A model generated the notes under the pieces. It had not been told where the DNA came from, did not search any database, and saw only the letters and a program-made list of their open reading frames with translations. A stretch of 64,000 nt of DNA from Myxococcales bacterium (GTDB taxonomy: Bacteria; Myxococcota_A; UBA9042; JABWCM01; BTVJ01). Shown here piece by piece: positions 19,734-28,411 of this stretch. The number at the start of each line of letters is the position of its first letter. Positions within the stretch are counted from its first letter, which is position 1. A program made the translations under genes and the position numbers. Location: contig BTVJ01000024.1 of assembly GCA_045863395.1 (NCBI GenBank), positions 1-64,000 on the forward strand. Reading direction: 5' to 3'.

Positions 19734-21932
19734 ATGCTTCGACTGGCCCTGGTCCTGCTGATTGTTCCCGGAGTCGCCCTGGCCGACGAGGGGATGTGGC
19801 GCCCCGAGCAGGTATCGGGGCTCGCCGGGGAGCTGCGCGAGGCTGGACTGAAGCTCGATCCGGCGGAGCTGTCCGACCCGCAGCGTGGTCCGCTCGCTGC
19901 CGTGATCAATCTGAGCGGCTGCACCGCGTCCTTCGTGAGCCCCGACGGGCTCATCGTAACGAACCACCACTGCGCCGCCTGGGCGCTCCAGTACAACTCC
20001 TCGGAGGGGGCCGACCGCTACGAGGCTGGTTTTACGGCCGCTTCCATGAAGGACGAGCTCTGGGCCGGTCCCGCGGGTCGCGTGCGGGTGACCCTGTCGG
20101 AGGAGGACGTCACGGCCCGCTTCGACGCGATCCTTGGCGCTCTCAGCGATGATCGTGAGGCGTTTCGGGCGGCGGATGCGCTGGAGAAGTCGCTGATCGC
20201 GTCCTGCGAGGAGGACCGGCGCCTGCGCTGCCAGGTCGCCGCCTATGACGGCGGCGCCCAGCGCGTGCTGATCCGCCAGCTCGACCTCAAGGACGTCCGG
20301 CTCGTGCATGCGCCACCCCGCGCCATCGGGGAGTTCGGCGGCGACGTGGACAACTGGATGTGGCCGCGTCACAGCGGCGACTGGGCCTTCTTTCGCGCCT
20401 ATGTGGCCCCGTCGGGGGACCCCGCCGAGCACGCCAGCGCCAACGTGCCGTACCGGCCATCGCGGTGGTTGACGGTCTCCACGGGCGGCGTCGGGCCGGG
20501 AGACCTGGTGTTCGTTGCTGGCTATCCGGGCCGCACGTCCCGCCACCGGGCGCCAGCGGACGTGCAGCATACGGCGGGCGAGCTCTACCCTTGGGTCCGC
20601 GCCCTGCTCGACAGGGCGCTCGAGGTCGTGCGCGCGCTGCAGGCCGAGAGCGCCGAGGCCAAGGTGAAGCTGACCGCGCTGGAGGGGGGCCTGGCCAACC
20701 GGAGCAAGTACCTGGACGGGCTGCTGGAGGGCTTCGCCAAGGCCGGGCTCGTGGAGCAGCGGAGGCGCGAGGGGGCAGAGCTCCTGGCTTGGGTCGCCGC
20801 AGACCCCGAGAGGAGCGCGAAGTACTCGGCCGCCCTGCGCGGGGTCGATGAGATCGCGACGCGGGAGGCGGGCCGGGCCCGCGCAGACCAGCTCCTGGGC
20901 CTGATCTTCCGCCTGCCGGCATCCATCCGGGCGGCGGGGACCATCCACTGGCTCGCCGCCCAGCGCGCGCTTCCAGATGCCGAGCGCGACGAGGGCTGGC
21001 AGGCACGAGACTGGCCGGAGCTCGAGGCGTCCGTGGAGCAGGTGATGCGCTCGCAGGTCACCGAGGCGGACCGGCGGCTCCTGCGCCTGCTGCTGGTCGA
21101 GGCGGCGCGGCTGCCCGCCGGAGGGAGGCTCGCCGGGGTCGACACGCTGCTCGCCCGGTTCGGGACGGGGAGCGCGGTCCCGGCGGGCAAAGACGCGGAG
21201 GTGGCCGCGGACCGGGTCGTCCAGTGGGCCTTCGAGGCGCCGTCGGCGGTCCTGGATGTTGCCGAACGATCACGGCTCATGGACGCGGACCGGGCGACCG
21301 TCGAGGCGCTGGACGACCGCCTCTTGCAGCTCGCCGCGGCCCTGTACGACGACCGGGTCGATGCTCGCGACCGCGCCCAGGCTCTGGAGGGGGCGAGCGG
21401 GCGCTTGTGGCCCGTCGCCATGGCCGCGGTCCGGGAGCGGGCGGGGAGGCCGGTCTACTCCGACGCCAACTCCACGCTGCGGGTCACCTGGGGCACGGTG
21501 CGGGGGTATGGGCCGCAGGAGGCCGTGGAGTATGCCCCGCAGACGACCGTGCGCGGCTTGCTGGCCAAGGACACGGGCAAGGCGCCCTTCGACGCCCCCG
21601 CAGACCAGCGCCGCGCCATCGAGGCGACGGAGGCCGCCATCGCGGCGGGGAAGGCCCCCGCGTGGAGCGACCGGGGGCTCGGCACCGTTCCCGTCAACTT
21701 CCTCTCCACCTGCGACACCACGGGCGGCAACTCCGGCTCTCCGACCCTGGACGCGCAGGGGAGGCTGGTCGGGCTCCTCTTCGACGGCAACTACGAGTCC
21801 ATGGCCTCGGACTGGGTCTACGACCGGGTCCTGAACCGCTCCATCCACGTGGACATCCGTTACGCGCTCTGGGCCCTGGAGTCCTTCTTGGGGGGGGAAC
21901 ACCTGCTCAGGGAGATGGGCCTTCTGCCGTAG
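19734..21932 (+). CDS. S46 family dipeptidyl peptidase (DPP7/DAP BII-like)
   Basis: Signal peptide then ADEGMW, TNHHC, DNWMWPRH, TGGNSGSP, FDGNYES. Confidence 0.93.
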   Translation: MLRLALVLLIVPGVALADEGMWRPEQVSGLAGELREAGLKLDPAELSDPQRGPLAAVINLSGCTASFVSPDGLIVTNHHCAAWALQYNSSEGADRYEAGFTAASMKDELWAGPAGRVRVTLSEEDVTARFDAILGALSDDREAFRAADALEKSLIASCEEDRRLRCQVAAYDGGAQRVLIRQLDLKDVRLVHAPPRAIGEFGGDVDNWMWPRHSGDWAFFRAYVAPSGDPAEHASANVPYRPSRWLTVSTGGVGPGDLVFVAGYPGRTSRHRAPADVQHTAGELYPWVRALLDRALEVVRALQAESAEAKVKLTALEGGLANRSKYLDGLLEGFAKAGLVEQRRREGAELLAWVAADPERSAKYSAALRGVDEIATREAGRARADQLLGLIFRLPASIRAAGTIHWLAAQRALPDAERDEGWQARDWPELEASVEQVMRSQVTEADRRLLRLLLVEAARLPAGGRLAGVDTLLARFGTGSAVPAGKDAEVAADRVVQWAFEAPSAVLDVAERSRLMDADRATVEALDDRLLQLAAALYDDRVDARDRAQALEGASGRLWPVAMAAVRERAGRPVYSDANSTLRVTWGTVRGYGPQEAVEYAPQTTVRGLLAKDTGKAPFDAPADQRRAIEATEAAIAAGKAPAWSDRGLGTVPVNFLSTCDTTGGNSGSPTLDAQGRLVGLLFDGNYESMASDWVYDRVLNRSIHVDIRYALWALESFLGGEHLLREMGLLP

Positions 21933-21968
21933 GCGCCGTCCCGCCGTGTCTCGCTGCGTCCCCTCCGG

Positions 21969-22832
21969 TCAGGCACCGAGCTGGGCGCTCGGCCGCGTAG
22001 GGTCGCAGAAGAAGTCCGTGAGATCGCGCGCCAGCTCATCGACGCGGTCCAGGTGGGGGAAGTGCCCACAGCCCTCGTAGCCTGTCAGCGCCACGCCTCG
22101 CGCGTGGGCGACCGTGTCCAGCGCGTGGCGGTACGGGATGATCGGGTCCTCCGTGCCCCAGAACAGCGCGGTCGGCGGCAGGTCCCCCACCTCGGCGGCG
22201 CGGTCGGCGGTCCGGAGGGTCTGCCCCCGAATGTCGATGACGGCCTCCAGTGAGCGCTGAAAGGCCATGGCCGTCCCCGGGGCGCGTGCGCAGCGCACGA
22301 GGTGGTCGATCTCTGCGGGCTCGATGTGGCCGTAGCTGTCTGCCATGAGGCGCAGGGCGACGGGCACCACGAAGCGGATGGCAAGCGGCGCGATGCGGGG
22401 GCCAAGCAGCGGGAACGCGGCCAGGCGCATCCCGAGCGCCACCTCGCGACCGAGCCCCCCCGCAGCGATCAGCGCGAGCCGGTCCACCCGGTCCCGCTGC
22501 TCCAGCAGCATCCACTGGGCGAGGCCTGCACCGTAGGAGTGACCACAGAGGTGGGCCCTGGGCACCCCGATGGCGTCCATCCAGGCGACCAGGACCCGAG
22601 CGTGCCACGACAGCGTGTAGGGAGCGTCGGGGCGCCCGGAGTCGCCGTGCCCCGCGAGGTCCGGCATCAAGACGCGAAACCGCGGTGCGAGCCGGGGGGC
22701 GAGGCGCCGCCACGCGCGGTGGGTGTCGAGGAGTCCATGGAGGAGGATGACGGGGGAGCCCTCGCCCGCCTCCACCCACGAGATGGTCGTGTCGAGGGCC
22801 TGGGTCTGGCGTTGGGTGTCGAGGTCCGACAT
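21969..22832 (-). CDS. Alpha/beta-fold hydrolase
   Basis: LLHG, DLAGHGDS, GHSYG nucleophile elbow, WGTEDP, GHFPH. Confidence 0.9.
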   Translation of the reverse strand: MSDLDTQRQTQALDTTISWVEAGEGSPVILLHGLLDTHRAWRRLAPRLAPRFRVLMPDLAGHGDSGRPDAPYTLSWHARVLVAWMDAIGVPRAHLCGHSYGAGLAQWMLLEQRDRVDRLALIAAGGLGREVALGMRLAAFPLLGPRIAPLAIRFVVPVALRLMADSYGHIEPAEIDHLVRCARAPGTAMAFQRSLEAVIDIRGQTLRTADRAAEVGDLPPTALFWGTEDPIIPYRHALDTVAHARGVALTGYEGCGHFPHLDRVDELARDLTDFFCDPTRPSAQLGA

Positions 22833-22957
22833 GGTCGCACACCTTCCTCACCATCCCGCGGTCGCATCATGCCACGACCGCGGTCAAATGTCGTGTCCGG
22901 TCGAGTCACGGAGCTTGACAGGAGGAGGCGCCTGGTCTACCCGTCGCCGCATGTCCC

Positions 22958-23095
22958 CGGAGAGCGCCTTGGGGGCCCCCACCGCGGAGGTCTGGGTCGT
23001 GTCAGTGGGTTCGCGAGACACTACGCGTGTAGCCGGGGCCTGCTCAAGAGAAGGGCGAGGCCGCCGTGGGGGCTGTCTCCGGCAGCGGCTCTCCG
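22958..23095 (+). ncRNA. Candidate structured RNA / 5' leader of the SulP gene
   Basis: Nested complementarity: 22958-22965 with 23088-23095, and 22975-22987 with 23061-23073 (12/13 bp). TTGACA at 22915-22920. Confidence 0.3.
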
Positions 23096-23117
23096 CACGC
23101 AGACCTGGCGGCGGGCC

Positions 23118-24920
23118 ATGGGTGTGACGGGGTCGAGCGCCTCCGGGGCGCCCCGCTGGACCGACTACGTCCCGGCCTTTGGTGCGCTGCGTGGCTACCG
23201 GCTCCGACACCTCGGCTCCGACACCCTCGCCGGCCTGACCGTCGCCGCGCTCGCCGTGCCCCAGGCCATGGCCTACGCGCTGCTGGCCGGGCTGCCTGCT
23301 CACTACGGGCTCTACGGGGCCATCGTGATCACGGTGGTCGGCGCGCTGTTCGACTCGTCGCGCCAGCTCATCAACGGGCCGACCAACGCGATCTCCATCG
23401 CGGTGCTGAGCGCCCTGGCGCTCGTGCCCGAGGGGGAGCGGGTCACGGCGGCCATCACGCTCGCTGCGTTGGTCGGGCTGATCCAGCTCGCCATCTGGGC
23501 GCTGCGGCTCGGGGACGTGACGCGGTTTCTGTCTCACGCGGTGATCTCCGGGTTCACGGTCGGCGCCACAGCGCTGCTCGCCCTCGGTCAGCTCCCGGTC
23601 CTGCTCGGGGCCAAGGCGGTGGGGGCGCGCACGGATCACGCCCTCGAGCGGTTCTGGCGCACCATGACCGAGGGGGGCGCCCATGGGTGGACCGTCGCGC
23701 TCGGGCTCGGGACGATAGCGCTCGTCCTCGCGCTGCGCTGGGTCTCCCGGCGCATCGGGCGCCGCATCCCTGACCTGCTGATCGCGGTGATCGTCGCGGC
23801 GGGGGTCGTGTCGACCCTCGAACTTGCAGATCAAGGGGTCCGGGTCGTCGGTGCCATTCCCCGCGAGCTGCCGTCCTTCGCGCTGCCGGACCTGTCGTGG
23901 TCGCTGGTGTCCACCCTCGCCGGCAGCGCGACCGCCATCGCCGTGCTCGGGCTCCTCGAGGCCCTCGCCATGGCCAAGAGTCTGGCGCAGCGCAGCGGGC
24001 AGCGGCTGGACGTCCGCCAGCAGTGCCTGAGCGAGGCGGCGGCAAACCTCGTCGGGGGCTTCTTCCAGTGCTTTCCGGGGTCGGGATCGCTCACCCGCTC
24101 GTCCATCAACCTGGAGGCGGGCGCCGTGTCCCAGTGGTCGGGCGTCGTCTCCGCCGCTGCCGTCGCCGGCACCATTCTCGCGTTCGCGCCCCTCGCGGAG
24201 GCGATTCCCCAGTCATCGCTGGCCGCCATCCTCCTGCTCGCCGGGTGGCGCATGGTCGACCGTCACGCGCTCCTCTACAACATGCGTGCAGGCACGTTCG
24301 ACCGGCGCATCGTCGTCGTCACGGCCGTGTCCGCGGTGGCCATCTCCATCGAGTTCTGCATCCTGATTGGGGCCTTGGCGTCCCTGGTCCTCTACATGCC
24401 CCGCGCGACCCGCGTGCTGGCGACGGACCTGGTCGTGACTGCCCAGCGCAGCGTGCGCGAGAAGCGGGAGGGGGATCCACCCTGCACGCGTGTCCGCATC
24501 GTGGACCTGGAGGGCGAGCTGTTCTTTGGTGCAGCACCAGACCTGGAGCGCCACCTGGACGCCATCGAGGAGGACATGGCACGGAGTCGAGCGCGCGTCC
24601 TCATCCTGAGGTTGCGCCGGGTTCGCAACCCCGACGCCATGTGCGTGCACCTCATCGACGAGGCGGAGGCGCGACTCACGGCCCGAGGCGTCACGGTCTT
24701 TCTCTGCGGAGTCCGAGCCGAGCTGGAGACCATGCTGAAGAACGTCGGCGTGGCGGACCGCCTCGGAGACCGGCTGCTCGGCGAGCACTCGCGGCCCTGG
24801 ACGAGCACGCTCGAGTCCGTGCGCAGGGCGTACGCGCTGCTGGGAGACGACCTGTGCCCGGCCTGCCCGCGGCGCGCCGAGAAGGACCCGTCCATGGCAG
24901 GCTGGGTCTACGAGATCTGA
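23118..24920 (+). CDS. SulP/SLC26 anion transporter with STAS domain
   Basis: DTLAGLTVA...PQAMAYA, GPTNAIS, GSGSLTRS, EGELFFGAA. Confidence 0.93.
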   Translation: MGVTGSSASGAPRWTDYVPAFGALRGYRLRHLGSDTLAGLTVAALAVPQAMAYALLAGLPAHYGLYGAIVITVVGALFDSSRQLINGPTNAISIAVLSALALVPEGERVTAAITLAALVGLIQLAIWALRLGDVTRFLSHAVISGFTVGATALLALGQLPVLLGAKAVGARTDHALERFWRTMTEGGAHGWTVALGLGTIALVLALRWVSRRIGRRIPDLLIAVIVAAGVVSTLELADQGVRVVGAIPRELPSFALPDLSWSLVSTLAGSATAIAVLGLLEALAMAKSLAQRSGQRLDVRQQCLSEAAANLVGGFFQCFPGSGSLTRSSINLEAGAVSQWSGVVSAAAVAGTILAFAPLAEAIPQSSLAAILLLAGWRMVDRHALLYNMRAGTFDRRIVVVTAVSAVAISIEFCILIGALASLVLYMPRATRVLATDLVVTAQRSVREKREGDPPCTRVRIVDLEGELFFGAAPDLERHLDAIEEDMARSRARVLILRLRRVRNPDAMCVHLIDEAEARLTARGVTVFLCGVRAELETMLKNVGVADRLGDRLLGEHSRPWTSTLESVRRAYALLGDDLCPACPRRAEKDPSMAGWVYEI

Positions 24921-25144
24921 TTCGTGGGGGCGGCACTCCGGGCGCGCGCATCGCCCTGCGCATCGCAGGCGCCCGCGCCTCGGGGTGTGCTCGATGGCGC
25001 CCTACCGACCACCGTGCCGGCCGTCGCCCAGGAGGATGGCTCTCTCCGGCTCTTGTCCCCTGGAGCTCGCGGGTCTAGTATCCGACCCACGCATTGACCC
25101 CAAGTGACGGCGCTGCGAGCGTCGCCCGCGTCCAGGAGGCTCCC

Positions 25145-26842
25145 ATGGACCGTGTCGCTCTCCGCCGAAGCTGGGGAGCCGCCGCGCTCTCCGTCCTCGT
25201 GACCGCCGGCTGCCCTGACGATGACGCGACGGTGTCGCTGCCGTCCGATGCGTCCGACACCCCCGGCGCCACCGATGGGGCCGATGGGGTGGAGGCTCTC
25301 GACAGCGCCGCGCCTGGAGACGCTGCCTCCACCGCCGACTCGGGCGCCGACGCTTCGGCGCCGGGTGACGCCGGGTCGAGCGACTCGGCCAGTTCCGACG
25401 TGGCAGGGGCCGACGACGCGTCGGACGGTGCTGGGGCTGACGCCGGAGACGGAGGCGTCGCCGACGACGCGGGGCTGGCGCCAGGCTGCGTTCCGAGCGA
25501 GGCGGTCGGAGCGGTCCCCGCGAGCTGCGGGGTCTTCGCGACACCGGGCGCTCCGCAGGGGGCCGCGGGGACGCCGACCGACCCCGTCGGGACCCTCGCG
25601 GAGGCCGTCCAGCTTGCCGCGGGCAAGCCCATCTATGCGTGCGCGCTGACCTTCGAGGAGACCGTCACGCTCCCCGGAGGCACGACCGTCTATGGGGGCC
25701 TCGACTGCGAGACCGGCTGGACCTGGACGGCCGGCGCCAAGACCCTCCTGCGCGCGGGCAACGACCAGATCCCGCTGCGGTTCGTCGCTGGCGACCCGGG
25801 CGGGGTCACGCTCGCGGACTTCGAGGTCTCCGCCGCCAACGCGGAGGTGACCGACGGGTCGTCGATCAGTGTGGTCGCCGTCGATGCCGAGGTGCACCTC
25901 ATCCGCGTGAAGCTCGTCGCCGGGTCGGCGCAGCCGGGCGGCACCGGTGAGACGCCAGACGAGCCAGTCGGGCCCACGGACCCGTCGGATCCGAGCATCG
26001 CGGGGTACCCCGGAGCCGCGGCCTGCTTCGGCGGCGCGGCCGGAAACCTCGGCGGTCCAGGCGGCGTCAACCCGGGCTGCCCGACCTCCATCGGGGGCAC
26101 CGGCGGCACGGGGCAGGAGGTGCAGAGCACCGCGGGCACGGACGGGCTCCCCTTCATCCTCGACGGGTTCGGCCTCGGGGGGATCCCGTACCTCCAGGGC
26201 AGCGGCGGCTGTCTGGCCGGGCTCAACGGCGCGATCGGCGGCCCCGGGGTCGATGGGCTGGGCGGGACCGGGCTCGGGAGCGTCACCGCGGACGGCTATG
26301 CGGTTGCCGCGGGGCTCCCCGGGGGCGTGGGCCAGCCAGGCCAGGGCGGCGGCGGGGGCGGGGCGGCCCACGGGAAGGCGGACTGCTACGGTGCGAGCGG
26401 CGGTGGCGGCGGCGCCGGCGGGTGCGGCGGGGCGGGAGGGCTCGGTGGCCACGGGGGCGGTGCGAGCATCGGCCTCTTGAGCATCTCGTCGGTCGTGATC
26501 TTGGAGGATGTGGAGATCGTGACCGGGGCGGGCGGCGCGGGCGGCCCGGGCGGTGAGGGGCAGTTCGGCGGCGTCGGCGGCTGGGGTGGCAGTGGGGGCG
26601 CCTCGGGCGGCGCCGGCGTCCCCGGCGCGTGCAAGGGCGGCGACGGCGGCAACGGTGGCATCGGCGGCTGGGGCGGTGGCGGCCCCGGCGGTCCCTCCAT
26701 CGGGGTTGCCTACGTGGGCGCCGCGCCCGACCTCTCGGGGGCGAGCATCACGCTCGGCACGGGGGGCGCAGGTGGCGCTGGACCCGGAGGGGCAGGCGCC
26801 GCAGGCACGGCCGCCGAGGCTGTGGAGCTCGTCGCGCCGTAG
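25145..26842 (+). CDS. Lipoprotein with DUF1565/beta-helix-like region and PGRS-like Gly-rich C-terminus
   Basis: VTAGC lipobox, Asp/Ala linker, GTPTDPVGTLAEAV, long GGxGGxGG runs with isolated Cys. Confidence 0.75.
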   Translation: MDRVALRRSWGAAALSVLVTAGCPDDDATVSLPSDASDTPGATDGADGVEALDSAAPGDAASTADSGADASAPGDAGSSDSASSDVAGADDASDGAGADAGDGGVADDAGLAPGCVPSEAVGAVPASCGVFATPGAPQGAAGTPTDPVGTLAEAVQLAAGKPIYACALTFEETVTLPGGTTVYGGLDCETGWTWTAGAKTLLRAGNDQIPLRFVAGDPGGVTLADFEVSAANAEVTDGSSISVVAVDAEVHLIRVKLVAGSAQPGGTGETPDEPVGPTDPSDPSIAGYPGAAACFGGAAGNLGGPGGVNPGCPTSIGGTGGTGQEVQSTAGTDGLPFILDGFGLGGIPYLQGSGGCLAGLNGAIGGPGVDGLGGTGLGSVTADGYAVAAGLPGGVGQPGQGGGGGGAAHGKADCYGASGGGGGAGGCGGAGGLGGHGGGASIGLLSISSVVILEDVEIVTGAGGAGGPGGEGQFGGVGGWGGSGGASGGAGVPGACKGGDGGNGGIGGWGGGGPGGPSIGVAYVGAAPDLSGASITLGTGGAGGAGPGGAGAAGTAAEAVELVAP

Positions 26843-27364
26843 CCTGGCCTGTCAGCGCTCCCGGCTCCGAGCGGCGTGCCCCCGCTGCGTGTCGTGGTGC
26901 GCGTGGTCCCGGTCTGGGTTCCTCAGGGCACGCGCTGGTGTCGCGTCTTCACGGTCGGGGTGCAGCGCTGCTGCCGGAAGGAGGGCTGGGTGCCCGATGG
27001 CGCTCCGTTCGAGCCCTTCGAGCCGGGCGCGTGATCGATCCGGGGCTGGTGCTGCAGCACCTCGGTGATGCGCAGGTGCGGCGCCGCGGAAGCTCGCAAC
27101 GGTCAGGAGCGGGTGGCGCCCGGGTCGGCGAGCCCCGGGTGCGGCGACCGGTGCCGCGCCGCGGGTTGCAGCCTCCAGCGCGGACCGGGCAGCGAGGCGC
27201 GGGTGCGCCCCGCCGCCAGCCCTGGCGAGAATGCAGGCGTGGGCAGCCACCCTCTGGGCGCATGGTTCTCGAACGCCAACGGCGCCCGTGCGAACGGCTG
27301 CCTCTGCCACGGGCCGAAGAGACTCGGCTTGACCCGGTGACCGCGGGGCTCGCAAGATGCGCCC

Positions 27365-28024
27365 ATGGGAGGCGACGCTTCGGAGCAGCAGCTCATCGAC
27401 CTTGATCAGGCGCTGGTGATCGTGCGGCGGCTCGTGCACGTGGCAGAGGAGCGTGGCGAGCCGCTCGGCACGCCCATCGTGCTGGTCGGCGGCACCGCCA
27501 TGGCGGCCCACGGCCTGCGGGCGCAGTCCCTGGACGTCGACCTCTACACGTCACGGGTTCCAGACGAGGCGGTGCGCGCCGTCGAGCAGGAGGTGGCGGC
27601 CCGCCTGGGGCCCTCGTTCAAGCTCGACGTGACGCCCGGCGAGAACCTGTGGGGGGCCATCCTCGTGCGGGACATCGCGGACTCTCCGGAGGTGGAGCGC
27701 GTCCGAACGTTGAGGGGCGAGTACGTCGTGCGGGTGTTGCGGGTCGAGGACCTCTTCCTGCTGAAGCTCGCGGCGGACCGCGACAAGGACAGACAGGATC
27801 TCCCCCTCCTGGCAGCGGTCACCGAGGTGGACGGGCTCGTGCGCCGCTTCAACCAGCTCCAGGCGTGGCACGGGGACCGCTCGGCCGTGATGGGCTTCGC
27901 CGACGCGCTCCTGGCGGCGCTCGTGCGGTTCCACGGGGCGGACCCTGCGACGGTCATCGACGAGCTGGCCGTGGGACCCACGACACGGGAGGCGCTCCGG
28001 GATGCCTGGGACATCGCTGATTGA
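27365..28024 (+). CDS. Pol-beta-type nucleotidyltransferase (DUF6036/AbiEii-like)
   Basis: IVLVGGTAM...SLDVDL and EDLFLLKLAADRDKDRQDL motifs. Confidence 0.72.
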   Translation: MGGDASEQQLIDLDQALVIVRRLVHVAEERGEPLGTPIVLVGGTAMAAHGLRAQSLDVDLYTSRVPDEAVRAVEQEVAARLGPSFKLDVTPGENLWGAILVRDIADSPEVERVRTLRGEYVVRVLRVEDLFLLKLAADRDKDRQDLPLLAAVTEVDGLVRRFNQLQAWHGDRSAVMGFADALLAALVRFHGADPATVIDELAVGPTTREALRDAWDIAD

Positions 28025-28370
28025 TCCGAGTCGAGCCGCGGTCGAAGCGGGGCTCCGCGACGAGCAGGCGCTCCTCCAATCGCTGGCGGCCGCCATCTGC
28101 GCCGGCCTTCCCCCGGAGGAGTGGGACGACGACCTGCGTGACGCGCTGGCGCGGGCGCTCGAGCCCGGGGACGCGTCACCGGGCGAGCAGTGGAAGGCGC
28201 GGGCCCTCAGGCGACACCTGTACGGGCCTGAGGCGGACGCGGACCTCGTGCCGCCCGATGCACCGCCCAGCGACCAGGAGCGCCGCTGCGCAGAGCGCGT
28301 CCGGGGCGACCTCGCCCACCTCGTGCCCCTGCGAGCCTTGGGCCGGCGCGGAATTCCCCGGAGCGGGTGA
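28002..28370 (+). CDS. Hypothetical protein overlapping the nucleotidyltransferase gene
   Basis: 122-aa helical-looking ORF with coding-like composition; 23-bp overlap with the upstream gene. Confidence 0.5.
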   Translation: MPGTSLIDPSRAAVEAGLRDEQALLQSLAAAICAGLPPEEWDDDLRDALARALEPGDASPGEQWKARALRRHLYGPEADADLVPPDAPPSDQERRCAERVRGDLAHLVPLRALGRRGIPRSG

Positions 28371-28411
28371 GACGACCAGGTTCCGCCAAGGTGCGCCCAC
28401 GCCCCCCGGCG

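Noticed and set aside
26852..27360. Several short ORFs between the PGRS-like gene and the nucleotidyltransferase
   Set aside because: Arg/Pro/Ala-rich translations with no motif or consistent codon bias.
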